The translations under genes were made by a program, and so were the position numbers. Shown piece by piece: positions 37,097 to 53,900 of a DNA stretch of 64,000 bases. A model generated the notes under the pieces. It made no database searches and was not told where the DNA came from. It saw nothing but the letters and a program-made list of their open reading frames with translations. Source of the stretch: the human T2T-CHM13v2.0 reference genome, Homo sapiens; the NCBI RefSeq assembly GCF_009914755.1, contig NC_060948.1; one strand, written 5' to 3'. Every line of letters starts with the position of its first letter. Position 1 is the stretch's first letter.

Positions 37097-40000
37097 AGAT
37101 CCATATTTTTTAAATGAAAAAAAATTTCAAAGGTACTCTGCTTGGTACAATAATCAAATGTATAAACTGAGGAATAAAACATAACCATGAAACCTACTTA
37201 TTACTGCATATGGAAAATACAGAGGATAATTTTTTAAATAACATATTTTGAAAGCCTTAACTAGTAATTTGAAGAGTTGGCATTTGAAAGGCCAGTATGA
37301 ATATTCCTTCAGAGCAGCAACACAGGTTCCCCATGAGAAAAAGCAAACTCAGGGAAAATGAAACCACAAAGGTTCAATCTCTTCTGACCTTTGAAAGACA
37401 CAGCACAGACAGTGGTCCTTAGGACGAAGAGCAGGAGACCCCTAATTCCGTCACCATTGCGATAGGGCATAAACATTGCTGGGTGAGGGCACAATCCACA
37501 TTGTGAGGTCCAACTGCTGCCAGGAAGACAGGAGTGCTTTTACATAGACCGAAAGGTCATTGAAGGCTCAGAGTTTTGTTTCAAGAACTGAATCCCAAGC
37601 CCACACGTTATTAGGCTGCGCTTCTTAAAACAAGTTATGAGATGGGAAAAAGGGCACCCACAAACATACGTATACATTATGTATATAATAATATACAGTA
37701 TCATATATATAATATATATAACCTGTATATAATATTGTTTTACATCCTGCATCTTATATTATATATATTGTGTAAAATATAATAATTGATAATATATAAG
37801 TTTTATATTTATACAATATGACATATAGTATATATTATAATTTATGACATATATAATATATGTTATATATAATATATAGAATATATTATACGGTTAATAT
37901 ACGTATTAAATATAAATTATACATTATATATATTATATATAATATATCTGTTATATATAATACCCATTATACATAATATATATATTATGTCTATGTTTTA
38001 TATAGTATAAACCAACATATAATAATATATAATTGTATATATAAAATGTGACATATAATATATATTATGTTTTATGACATATGTAACATGTATTATATAT
38101 TATAGATATTACGTTGTATGTATAATACCTATATTAAATATATATTATATGACGATGTTATTAATTACATGTCACATATGTTATATATTATATATTTTAC
38201 ATGGAATATACCGGTTACATATAATATATACTATGTTACCTATAATGTATAATTTATTACATGTAATATAATGAATGTCATATATTATATATAATTTATA
38301 ATATACAATATGTGGAATGTGATATATATAACATATATGATATATGATATAAAGTATATGATATATAACATACAATATATGATACGTAATATATATGGTA
38401 TACAATATATATTTTATGATATGTATTCTATATGTTTTATATTCTGTTATATATAACTATTTGAAATTATATATAACTGTATAATATTTTATGTAAATAT
38501 GTAATATAATATATATAACTATATAATATATTATATATAACTATATTTTATGTTATATATACTTTTATAACATAATTTACATAAAATATAATAATATAAA
38601 ATATATTATATTATTTCATATTACATAATATATATTCAATATCACCCAATATAAGTAACATACATACTATTAAAATATAGATTATATTATGTTATATTAA
38701 ATATCATATATATCATGTATCATATATTCTATAATATATATTATGCATTATATAATATGCATGTTGTCTATTATGTGATATATATAACTATATATATAAT
38801 TGTATTATTATACATATAACTATATAAACATTTAATTCTATATATTTTCATTTACAATATATAGAATTATATAATCATAATTATTTATATTCTATAAAAA
38901 ATTATATCATTATATAAATTATAATGAGATGGGAAATAGGGCACACACAAACATACGTATACATTATGTATATAATAATATACAGTATCATATATATAAC
39001 ATATATAACCTATGTATAATATTGTTTTACATCCTGCATCTTATATTATATATATTGTATATAATATAATAATTGATAATATATAAGTTTTATATTTATA
39101 CAATATGACATATAATATATATTATATTTTATAACATATATAATATATATTATGTATCATATATAATATATTATATGGTTAATATACGTATTAAATATAA
39201 AATATATATTATAAGTATTATATATAGTGTACCTAAGTTATATATAATATACCCTATATATAATATATATATTATGTCTATGTTATATATAGTATAAAAC
39301 AACATATAATAATATATAATTTTATATATAAAATATGACATATAATATATATTATATTTTATGACCTGTATAATTTATATTATATATTATATACAATACG
39401 TTTTATGTATAATATATATATTAAATATATATTATATGACTATGTTATTAATTATATGTCATATATGTTATATATTATATATTTTACATAGAATATACTG
39501 GTTATATATAATATATACTATGTTACCTATAATGTATAATTTATTACATATAATATATTGTATGTCATATATTATATATAATTTATAATATACAATATGT
39601 GGAATATGATATATATAACATATAATATATGATATATGATATACAATATATGATATATAATATACAATATATGATACATTATATAGATGGTATACAATAT
39701 ATATTTTATGATATGTATTATATATGTTTTATATTATGTTATATATAAGTATGTGAAATAATATATAACTGTATAATATTTTATGTAAATATGTAATATA
39801 ATATATATAACTATGAAATATATTATATATAACTATAAATTATGTCTTATATAGTTTTATTACACTTTACATAAAATATCATAATATAATATATATTATA
39901 TTATTTTATGTTACATAATATATATTATATATCACATAATATAAGTTACTTACATAATATTAAAATATAGATTATATTATGATGTATTAAATATCATATA

Positions 40001-40485
40001 TATCATGTATCATATATTGTATAATATATATTATACATTTTATATTATATATGTTGTCTATTATGTGATATATATAATTATATATATAATTACATTATTA
40101 TACATATAACTACATAAAGATGTAATTCCATATGTTTTTATTTACAGTATATATAATTATATAATCATATATATTTATTTATATTCTAGAAAAAATTATA
40201 TCATTATATAAATAATAATATATAAAAATTATAATATGTACTAAAATATATATATTATATATCATATATGATATAGTATATTTGTTATATATCATATTAC
40301 ATATAACTATATATTATGTTATCTATAATAATATATTTTCATATATAAGATGTATAATATGTATTATATATTATAAATGTTATGTAATATATATAGTATA
40401 CATAAGATGACACAGGATAAATATTATATACTATGACATATAAAATATATGAGGTTATATGTTACATATAAGGCATAGCACATAA

Positions 40486-40800
<315 letters not shown>

Positions 40801-42897
40801 AGATCCATATTTTTTAAATGAAAAAAAATTTCAAAGGTACTCTGCTTGGTACAGTAATCAAATCTATAAACTGAGGAATAAAACATAACCGTGAAACATA
40901 CTTATAACTGCATATGGAAAATACAGAGTATAATTTTTTAAAATAACATATTTTGAAAGCCTTAACTAGTAATTTGAAGAGTTTGCATTTGAAAGGCCAG
41001 TATGAATATACCTTCAAAGCAGCAACACAGGTTCCAAATGAGAACAATCAAACTCAGGGAAAATAAAACCACAAATGTTCACTCTGTTCTGACCTTTGAA
41101 AAACACAGCACAGACAGTGGCACTTAGGACCAAGAGCAGGAGATCCCTAATCCCGTCACCATGGCGATAGGGCATAAACATTGCGGGGTGAGGGCACAAT
41201 GCACATTGTGAGGTCCAATTGCTGCCAGGAAGACAGGAGTGCTTTTACATAGACCGAAAGGTCATTGAAGGCTCAGATTTTCGTTTCAAAAACTGAATCC
41301 CAAGCCCACACGTTATTATGCTGCGCTTCTTAAAACAAGTTATGAGAAGGGAAATAGGGCACCCACAACATACGTATATAGTATGTATATAATAATATAC
41401 ACTATCATATATATAATATATATAACCTATGTATAATATTGTTTTACATCCTGCATCTTATATTATATATATTATATGTAATATAATAATTGATAATATA
41501 TAAGTTTATATTTATACAATATGACATATGATATATATTATATTTTATGACATATATAATATAGATTATATATCATATATAGAATATACTATACGGTTAA
41601 TATACGTATTAAATATATAATATACATTATATATATTATATCTACGTTATATATAACATTAACTATAGATAATATATATATTATATCTAGCTTATATATA
41701 ATATAAAATAACAGATAATTATATATAATTGTATATATAAAATATGACATATAATATATATTATATTTTATGACATATATATCATATATATTATATATTA
41801 TATATAATATGTTGTATGTATAATACATATATTATATATATATTATAAGTCTAAATTATTAATTATATGTAATATATGTTATATATTACATATTTTACAT
41901 TTCATACACATGTTACATAGAATATATACTATGTTACATGTTACCTAGAATTTATTATATATAATATAATGTATGTCATATATTATATATACTTTATAGT
42001 ATGCAATATGTGGAATGTGATATATATAACATGTAATATATGATATATGATATACGATATATGATATATAATATACAATATTTGATACATTTTATATATG
42101 GTATACAATATATATTTTATGATATATATTATATATGTTTTATATTATATTATACATAACCATTTAATTATATATAACTCTATAATATTGTAGGTAAATA
42201 TATAATATAATACATATAACCATATATTATGTTATTTATAATTTTATTACGTACATTCAATAATATATCATAATATAATATATATTATATTATATTATTT
42301 TATATTACATAATATATATTATATATCACATAGTATGTGTTACATACATAATATTTAAATGTATATTATATTATGATATATTAAATATTATATATATTAT
42401 GTATGCTATACTGTATAATATATATTATATATTATATAATATGCAGGGTGTCTATTATATGATATATATTATAATATATATAATTATATTATACATATAA
42501 CGATATAAATATGTAATTATATTTAACATTATTTATATTACATATAGTTATATAATCATATATAATAATTTATATTATAAAAATAATTATATCATTATAT
42601 AAATTATAGTATATATAAATTATAATATGTGATAAATAATATATATTATATATCATATATGATATAGCATATATGTTATATATCATATTATATATCAATT
42701 TACGTTATGATATCTATAATTGTATATTTTCATATATAAGATGTATAATATGAATTATATATTATATATGTTATTAAATATATACTTTATATAAAATGAC
42801 ACAGGATAAATGTTATATATTATGACATATGATATATATGCGGTTATATATTATATATGAAGCATATTACATAACATATAATATATATCATATATAA

Positions 42898-43189
<292 letters not shown>

Positions 43190-44661
43190 AGATCCACATT
43201 TTTTAAATGAAAAAAAATTTCAAAGTTATTCTGCTTGGTACAATAATCAAATATATAAACTGAGGGTTAAAACATAACCTTGGAACATATTTATAAGTGC
43301 ATATGGATAATACAGAGGATAATTTTTTAAATAACATATTTTGAAAGCATTAACTGGTAATTTGAAGAGTTGGCATTTGAAAGGCCAGTATGAATATACC
43401 TTCAAAGCAGCAACACAGGTTCCCCATGAGAAAAATCAAACTTAGGGAAAATAAAACCACAAAGGTTCAATCTTTTCTGACCTTTGAAAGACACAGCACA
43501 GACAGTGGTCCTTAGGACGAAGAGCAGGAGACCCCTAATTCCGTCACCATGGCGATAGGGCATAAACATTGCTGGGTGAGGGCACAATCCACATTGTGAG
43601 GTCCAACTGCTGCCAGGAAGACAGGAGTGCTTTTACATAGACCCAAAGGTCATTGAAGGCTCAGTGTTTTGTTTCAAAAACTGAATCCCAAGCCCACACG
43701 TTATTATGCTGTGCTTCTTAAAAAAAGTTATGAGATGGGAAATAGGGCACCCACAATTATATCTATACATTATGTATATAATAATATATAGAATCATATA
43801 TATAATATATGTAACATATATATATAATACTGTTTTACATCCTGCAGTTATATTATATATATTATATGTATTATAATAACTGGTAATGTATAAGTATTAT
43901 ATTTATACACTATGACATATAATAATTATATTTTATGCCGTATATAATATATATTATATATCATATACCAAATATATTATATGGTTAATATACGTATTAA
44001 ATATATAATATACATTATAAATATTATATCTACGTTATATATAACATACACTATAGTTAATATATATATTATATCTAGCTTATATATAATATAAAATAAC
44101 ATATAATAATATATAACTGTATATATAAAATATGACATATAATATATATTATATTTTATGACATATATATGATATGTATTATATATTATATATAATATGT
44201 TGTAAGTATAATACATGTATTAAATATATATTATATGTCTATGTTATTAATTATATATAATATATGTTATATATTACATATTTGATATAGAATACACATG
44301 TTACATAGAATATATTCTATGTTACATATAACGTAGAATTTATTATGTGTAATATAATGTATGGCATATATTATAAATTCCTTATAATATACAATATGTG
44401 GAATGTGATATATATAACTTGTAATATATGATATATGATATACAATATATGTTATATAACATACAATATATGATACATAATATATATGGTATAGAATATA
44501 TATTTTATGTTATATATTAGATATGTTTTATATTTTATTATATATAAATATTTAAAATTATATATAACTGTATAATGTTATACGTAAATATATAATATAC
44601 TACATATAACCATATATTATGTTATATAAAATTTTATTACATACTTTCCATAATATATCAT

Positions 44662-47390
44662 ATGGACTCCTTTGGAATGGTCTAGTATGCAATGCAATCG
44701 ACTGGCAGGGAATTAAAAGGAATGCAATCGAATGGATTGCACAGGAATGCAATGGACTCGAATAGATTGGAAACAGAATGCAAAGGAATGGAATGGAATA
44801 GTATGGAATGGAATGGAAAGGAATGGAGTGGAATAGACTAGAGTAGAATGGAATTTACTCGAAAGCAATGGACTGGAATAGAACTTTCTTGAATGGGCTG
44901 GAATCAAACGGAATGGAATGCTGTGCAATCAAATAGAATGAAAGAGAATCAAATCCAATCGAATGGATTGGAAAGGAATTGACTGAAATGGAATGGACTA
45001 GAATGGAAGGCAAAGGAATGGAATCTATAGGAATGGACTGTAATGGAATGGAATGGAAGGGATTGGAATGGAATCGAATGGAATGGACTGCAATAGAAAG
45101 GATTCGAATGGAATGAAAAAGAATTGAATGGAATAGAACAGAATGGAATCAAATCGAATGAAATGGAATGGAATAGAAAGGATTCGAATGGAATGCAATC
45201 GAACGGAATGGAATCGAACGGAATGGAAAAAAATGGAAGAAAACTGGCAAGAAATGGAATCGAAATGAATGGAGTGTTATGGAACGGACTCAAAAGGAAT
45301 TGAATGTAATAGAATGGAGTGGAGTGGACTCGAATATAATGGACTGGAATGGAATGAAATCACATGGAATGGGAACGAATGGAATGGAATGGAAAGGAAT
45401 GGAATCGAATGGAAAGGAATCGAATGGAAGGGAATGAAATTGAATCAACAGGAATGGAAGGGAATAGAATAGACGGTAATGGAATGGACTCGAATAGAAT
45501 GGACACGAATGCTCAAATTGAATGGACTCGAATGGAATGGAAACGAAAGGAATGTCATCGAATGTAATTGAATCGATTGGAATGAAATCGCATAGAATGG
45601 AGTGGAATCAAATGGAATTGAGTCGAAAGGAAAGGAAGCGAATGGACTGAAATGAAATGGAATGGAATTGAATGGAAAGTAATGCAATGGAATAGAATGG
45701 AACGAAATTTCACGGAATGGAATCAAACTGAATGGAATCAAATCAATGGAATCAAATCAAATGGAATGGAAAGGAATTGAATGGAGTAGATGGGATTGGA
45801 TGGGATTGGAATGAAATGTACTGGAAAGAACTCGAATTTCATGAAACGGAATGGAATGAATTGGAACGGAATGGACTCGAATGGAATGGAATGTCATGGA
45901 ATGGCATCAAATGGAATGGCATCAAATGGAATGGAATCGAATGCAATGGAATGCTATGGAATGGAATGGAATGCATTGGAATGGAATGTCCTCTAATGGA
46001 ATGGATTCGAGTGGAATGGAATCGAATATAATGGAGTCGAATGAAATGGAATTGAAAGGAATGGGACCGAATACAATGGAATATACTGGAATGTAATGTA
46101 ATGAACTCGAATGTAATTGACTGCAATGGAATGTACATGAATGGAATGTAATCGAATGGAAAGTAATCCAATGGAATAGAATCTAATGCAATAAAATCGA
46201 CTCAAATAGAATAGAATGTAATGGAATGGAGTGCAGTGCAATGGAATGGAATGGAATGGAATGCAGTGGAATGGAATGGAATGGAATGCAATGGAATGGA
46301 ATGTATTAGAATGTAATGAACATTAATGGAATGTACTCGAATGGATTCGACTGGAATGGAATCGTACGGAATGGAATCTAATGGAATGGAATTAAATGGA
46401 AATGAATCAAATTGAATAGCACGGAATTGAATTGAATGGAATGGAATGCAATGGAATCTAATGAAACGGAAAGGAAAGGAATGGAATGGAATGGAATGGG
46501 CTGGAATGGAAAGGAATCGAAACGAATGGAATGGAATCGAACTGAAGAGACTGGAATGGAATGCACTGGAATGGAAGGGAGTGTAATGGAAGGTTCTCGA
46601 AAAAAATGGAATCGAATGGAATGGAATTGAATGGAACGGAATAGAGTCGAATGGAATTGAATGGAATGGAATGGACTAGAGTGAAATGGAATCGAACCAC
46701 AAGGAATGGACAGGAATAGAATGGTCTCGAATTGAATGGAATCGTATGGAATGGCATCAAACGGAATGGAATGGACAGCCACGGAATGGAATGCACTCGA
46801 ATGCAATGGAGTCGAAACTAATGGACTGGAATAGAATGGACTCGACTGGTACGGACTCCAATGGAATGGAATCGAATGCAAGGGAATCGAACGGAATGGA
46901 CTCGAAGGGAAAAGACTGCAATGGAAAGGTCTCGAATGGAATGGAAATTAATGGAATGGATTGGAATCGAATGAAATGGAGTCAAAAGGAATGGAATCGA
47001 ATGGCAAGAAATCAAATGTAATGGAATCGCAAGGAATTGATGTGAACGGAACGGAATGGAATGGAATCCAAAGGAATGGAATAGAATGGAATGGAATCGA
47101 ATGGAAAGGACTCGAATGGAAATCACTCGAATAGAATGCAATTTAATAAAATAGGATCAAATGTAATGGAATGGAATGGAAAGGAATCGAAACGAAAGGA
47201 ATGGAGACAGATGGAATGGAATGGAACAGAGAGCAATGGTATAGAATGGAATGGAATCATCTGGAATGGAATTGAATGGAATGGAATAACATGAAATGGA
47301 ATGGAATGGAATGGAATGCCCTTGAATTAAATGGACTGGAATGGAATGGACTCGAACAGAGTGGAATGGAAAGTGTTGAAATATAATGGA
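44662..47390 (+). repeat. DYZ1 unit 1, internally deleted (2729 bp)
   Basis: Landmark spacing is 2729; the unit lacks the block equivalent to ~49100-49780. Confidence 0.88.
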
Positions 47391-50300
47391 ATGGACTCCT
47401 TTGGAATCGTCTAGTATGCAATGCAATCGACTGGCAGGGAATCAAAAGGAATGTAATCGAATGGATTGGACTGGAATGCAATGGACTCGAATAGATTGGA
47501 AACGGAATGCAAAGGAATGGAATGGAATAGTATGGAATGGAATGGAAAGGAATGGAGTGGAATAGACTAGAGTGGAATGGAATGGACTGGAAAGCAATGG
47601 ACTGGAATGGAACTTTCTTGAATGGACTGGAATCAAACGGAATGGAATGCAATGCAATCAAATGGCATGGAATAAAATAGAATGAAAGAGAATCAAACGG
47701 AATTGAATCGAATGGAATCGAATGGATTGGAAAGGAATAGAATGGAATGGAATGGAATTGACTCAAATGGAATGGACTAGAATGGAATGGATTCGAATGG
47801 AAGGCAAAGGAATGGAATCTATTGGAATGGACTGTAATGGAATGGAATGGAAGGGATTGGAATGGACTCGAATGGAATGGACTGCAATAGAAAGGATTCG
47901 AATGGAATGAAAAAGAATTGAATGGAATAGAACAGAATGGAATCAAATCGAATGAAATTGAATGGAATAGAAAGGAATGGAATGAAATGGAATGGAAAGG
48001 ATTCGAATGGAATGCAATCGAATGGAATGCAATCGAATGGAATGGAATCGAACGGAATGGAATAAAATGGAAGAAAACTGGCAAGAAATGGAATCGAAAT
48101 GAATGGAGTGTTATGGAACGGACTCAAAAGGAATTGAATGTAATAGAATGGAGTGGAGTGGACTCGAATATAATGGACTGGAATGGAATGAAATCACATG
48201 GAATGGGAACGAATGGAATGGAATGGAAAGGAATGGAATCGAATGGAAAGGAATCGAATGGAAGGGAATGAAATTGAATCAACAGGAATGGAAGGGAATA
48301 GAATAGACGGTAATGGAATGGACTCGAATAGAATGGACACGAATGCTCAAATTGAATGGACTCGAGTGGAATGGAAACGAAACGAATGTCATCGAATGGA
48401 ATTGAATCGATTGGAATGAAATCGCATAGAATGGACTGGAATCAAATGGAATTGAGTCGAAAGGAAAGGAAGCGAATGGACTGAAATGAAATGGAATGGA
48501 ATTGAATGGAAAGTAATGCAATGGAATAGAATGGAACGAAATTTCACGGAATGGAATCAAACTGAATGGAATCAAATCAATGGAATATAATCAAATGGAA
48601 TGGAAAGGAATTGAATGGAGTAGATGGGACTGGATGGGATTGGAATGAAATGTACTGGAAAGGACTCGAATTTCATGAAACGGAATGGAATGAATTGGAA
48701 CGGAATGGACTCGAATGGAATGGAATGTCATGGAATGGCATCAAATGGAATGGAATCGAATGCAATGGAATGCTATGGAATGGAATGGAATGCATTGGAA
48801 TGGAATGTCCTCTAATGGAATGGATTCGAGTGGAATGGAATCGAATATAATGGAGTCGAATGAAATGGAATTGAAAGGAATAGGATCGAATACAATGGAA
48901 TATACTGGAATGTAACGTAATGAACTCGAATGTAATTGACTGGAATGGAATGTACATGAATGGAATGTAATCGAATGGAAAGTAATCCAATGGAATAGAA
49001 TCTAATGCAATAAAATCGACTCAAATAGAATAGAATGGAATGGAATGGAGTGCAGTGCAATGGAATGGAAGGGAATGGAATGCAATGGAATGTAATGTAA
49101 TGGAATGGAATGGAATGGGATGGAATGGTATGGAATGGATAGTAATGGACTGGAGTGAAATGGACTGGAAAGGAATGGACTCAAATTGAAAGGGCTCGAA
49201 AGGAATGCAGTCAAATGGAATGATCTGGAATGGAATGAACACGAATGTAATGCAATCCAATAGAATGGAATCGAATGGCATGGAATATAAAGAAATGGAA
49301 TCGAAGAGAATGGAAACAAATGGAATGGAATTGAATGGAATGGAATTGAATGGAATGAGAATGAATGGAGTGAAATTGTATGCAGTAGAAGAGAATAGAA
49401 TGGAATGCAAGCGAAAGGAAAGGAATGGATTGGAATGGAATGGAATTCATTGGAATGGAAGGGAATGTAGTGTAATGGACAGGCCTGGAATAAAGTGGAA
49501 TGCTACGGTCTCGAATGGAATAAAAATGTATGGAATGGAATGCAATGAAACGGAATCGAATGTCATAGAATGTAATGGAATGCAAAAAAATGGAATCCAA
49601 AATCATTGACTGGAAAGGCTGGGTGTCGAAAGGAATTGACTCCAATGGAATGGAATCGAATGGAATGGAAGTGAATAGAATCGAACTAAATCGAATGGAA
49701 TGGAATTGATAGGAACGGAATGGAAAGGAATGCAATGATTTGGCATGGAATGGAATCGAATGGCATCGAATGGAATGGAATGGAATGCAATGGAATGGAA
49801 TGTATTAGAATGTAATGAACTTTAATGGAATGTACTCGAATGGATTCGACTGGAATGGAATGTTCTGGAAGTGAATGGACTCCAATGGAATGGATTCGAA
49901 AGGAATGGAATCGTACGGAATGGAATCTAATGGAATGGAATTAAATGGAAATGAATCAAATTGAATAGCACGGAACTGAATTGAATGGAATCGAATGCAA
50001 TGGAATCTAATGAAACGGAAAGGAAAGGAATGGAATAGAATGGAATGGGCTGGAATGGAATGGAATCGAAACAAATGGAATGGAATCGAACTGAAGAGAC
50101 TGGAATGGAATGCACTGGAATGGAAGGGAGTGTAATGGAAGGTTCTCGAAAGAAATGGAATCGAATGGAATGGAATTGAATGGAACGGAATAGAGTCGAA
50201 TGGAATTGAATGGAATGGAATGGACTAGAGTGAAATGGAATCGAACCACAAGAATGGACAGGAATAGAATGGTCTCGAATTGAATGGAATCGTATGGAAT

Positions 50301-50938
50301 GGCATCAAACGGAATGGAATGGACAGCCACGGAATGGAATGCACTCGAATGCAATGGAGTCGAAACTAATGGACTGGAATAGAATGGACTCGACTGGTAC
50401 GGACTCCAATGGAATGGAATCGAATGGAAGGGAATCGAACGGAATGGACTCGAAGGCAAAAGACTGCAATGGAAAGGTGTCGAATGGAATGGAAATTAAT
50501 GGAATGGAATGGAATCGAATGAAATGGAGTCAAAAGGAATGGAATCGAATGGCAAGAAATCGAATGTAATGGAATCGCAAGGAATTGATGTGAACGGAAC
50601 GGAATGGAATGGAATCCAAAGGAATGGAATAGAATGGAATGGAATCGAATGGAAAGGACTCGAATGGAAATCACTCGAATAGAATGCAATTTAATAAAAT
50701 AGGATCAAATGTAATGGAATGGAATGGAAAGGAATCGAAACGAAAGGAATGGAGACAGATGGAATGGAATGGAACAGAGAGCAATGGTATAGAATGGAAT
50801 GGAATCATCTGGAATGGAATTGAATGGAATGGAATAACATGAAATGGAATGGAATGGAATGGAATGCCTTTGAATTAAATGGACTGGAATGGAATGCTCT
50901 CGAACAGAGTGGAATGGAAAGTGTTGGAATAGAATGGA
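47391..50938 (+). repeat. DYZ1 unit 2 (3548 bp, type A)
   Basis: Landmark and ORF offset 47442 to 50990. Confidence 0.88.
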
Positions 50939-53900
50939 ATGGACTCGTTTGGAATGGTGTAGTATGCAATGCAATCGACTGGCAGGGAATCAAAAGGAAT
51001 GTAATCGAATGGATTGGACTGGAATGCAATGGACTCGAATAGATTGGAAACGGAATGCAAAGGAATGGAATGGAATAGTATGGAATGGAATGGAAAGGAA
51101 TGGAGTGGAATAGACTAGAGTGGAATGGAATGGACTGGAAAGCAATGGACTGGAATGGAACTTTCTTGAATGGACTGGAATCAAACGGAATGGAATACAA
51201 TGCAATCAAATGGCATGGAATAAAATAGAATGAAAGAGAATCAAATGGAATTGAATCGAATGGAATCGAATGGATTGGAAAGGAATAGAATGGAATGGAA
51301 TGGAATTGACTCAAATGGAATGGACTAGAATGGAATGGATTCGAATGGAAGGCAAAGGAATGGAATCTATTGGAATGGACTGTAATGGAATGGAATGGAA
51401 GGGATTGGAATGGACTCGAATGGAATGGACTGCAATAGAAAGGATTCGAATGGAATGAAAAAGAATTGAATGGAATAGAACAGAATGGAATCAAATCGAA
51501 TGAAATGGAATGGAATAGAAAGGAATGGAATGAAATGGAATGGAAAGGATTCGAATAGAATGCAATCGAATGGAATGGAATCGAACGGAATGGAATAAAA
51601 TGGAAGAAAACTGGCAAGAAATGGAATCGAAATGAATGGAGTGTTATGGATCGGACTCAAAAGGAATTGAATGTAATAGAATGGAGTGGAGTGGACTCGA
51701 ATATAATGGACTGGAATGGAATGAAATCACATGGAATGGGAACGAATGGAATGGAATGGAAAGGAATGGAATCGAATGGAAAGGAATCGAATGGAAGGGA
51801 ATGAAATTGAATCAACAGGAATGGAAGGGAGTAGAATAGACGGTAATGGAATGGACTCGAATAGAATGGACACGAATGCTCAAATTGAACGGACTCGAAT
51901 GGAATGGAAACGAAAGGAATGTCATCGAATGGAATTGAATCGGTTGGAATGAAATCGCATAGAATGGAGTGGAATCAAATGGAATTGAATCGAAAGGAAA
52001 GGAAGCGAATGGACTGAAATGAAATGGAATGGAATTGAATGGAAAGTAATGCAATGGAATAGAATGGAACGAAATTTCACGGAATGGAATCAAACTGAAT
52101 GGAATCAAATCAATGGAATATAATCAAATGGAATGGAAAGGAATTGAATGGAGTAGATTGGGTTGGATGGGATTGGAATGAAATGGAATGGAAAGGACTC
52201 GAATTTCATGAAACGGAATGGAATGAATTGGAACGGAATGGACTCGAATGGAATGGAATGACATGGAATGGCAAGAAATGGAATGGCATCAAAGGGAATG
52301 GAATCGAATGCAATGGAATGCTATGGAATGGAATGGAATGCATTGGAATGGAATGTCCTCTAATGGAATGGATTCGAGTGGAATGGAATCTAATATAATG
52401 GAGTCGAATGAAATGGAATTGAAAGGAATGGGATCGAATACAATGGAATATACTGGAATGTAATGTAAAGAACTCGAATGTAATTGAATGGAAAGGAATG
52501 TACATGAATGGAATGTAATCGAATGGAAAGTAATCCAATGGAATAGTATCTAATGTAATAAAATCGACTCAGATAGAGTAGAATGTAATGGAATGGAGTG
52601 TAGTGCAATGGAATGGAATGGAATGGAATGCAATGGAATGGAAAGGAATGGAATGGAATGGAATGGAATGGGATGGAATGGTATGGAATGGATAGTAATG
52701 GACTGGAGTGAAATGGACTGGAAAGGAATGGACTCAAATTGAAAGGTCTCGAAAGGAATGGAGTCAAAAGGAATGGTCTGGAATGGAATGAACACGAATG
52801 TAATGCAATCCAATAGAATGGAGTCGAATGGCATGGAATATAAAGAAATGGGATCGAAGAGAATGGAAACAAATGGAATGGAATTGAATGGAATGGAATT
52901 GAATGGAATGGGAAGGAATGGAGTGAAATTGTATGCAGTAGAAGAGAATAGAATGGAATGCAAGTGAAAGGAAAGGAATGGATTGGAATGGAATGGAATT
53001 CATTGAAATGGAAGGGAATGTAGTGTAATGGACAGGCCTGGAATAAAGTGGAATGCTACGGTCTCGAATGGAATAAAAATGTATGGAATGGAATGCAATG
53101 AAACGGAATCGAATGTCATAGAAAGTAATGGAATGCAAAAAAATGGAATCCAAAATCATTGACTGGAAAGGCTGGGTGTCGAAAGGAATTGACTCCAATG
53201 GAATGGAATCGAATGGAATGGAAGTGAATAGAATCGAACTAAATCGAATGGAATGGAATTGATAGGAACGGAATGGAAAGGAATGCAATGATTTGGCATG
53301 GAATGGAATCGAATGGCATCGAATGGAATGGAATGGAATGCAATGGAATGGAATGTATTAGAATGTAATGAACTTTAATGGAATGTACTCGAATGGATTC
53401 GACTGGAATGGAATGTTCTGGAAGTGAATGGACTCCAATGGAATGGATTCGAAAGGAATGGAATCGTACGGAATGGAATCTAATGGAATGGAATTAAATG
53501 GAAATGAATCAAATTGAATAGCACGGAATAGAATTGAATGGAATCGAATGCAATGGAATCTAATGAAACGGAAAGGAAAGGAATGGAATGGAATGGAATG
53601 GGCTGGAATGGAATGGAATCGAAACAAATAGAATGGAATCGAACTGAAGAGACTGGAATGGAATGCACTGGAATGGAAGGGAGTGTAATGGAAGGTTCTC
53701 GAAAAAAATGGAATCGAATGGAATGGAATTGAATGGAACGGAATAGAGTCGAATGGAATTGAATGGAATGGAATGGACTAGAGTGAAATGGAATCGAACC
53801 ACAAGGAATGGACAGGAATAGAATGGTCTCGAATTGAATGGAATCGTATGGAATGGCATCAAACGGAATGGAATGGACAGCCACGGAATGGAATGCACTC

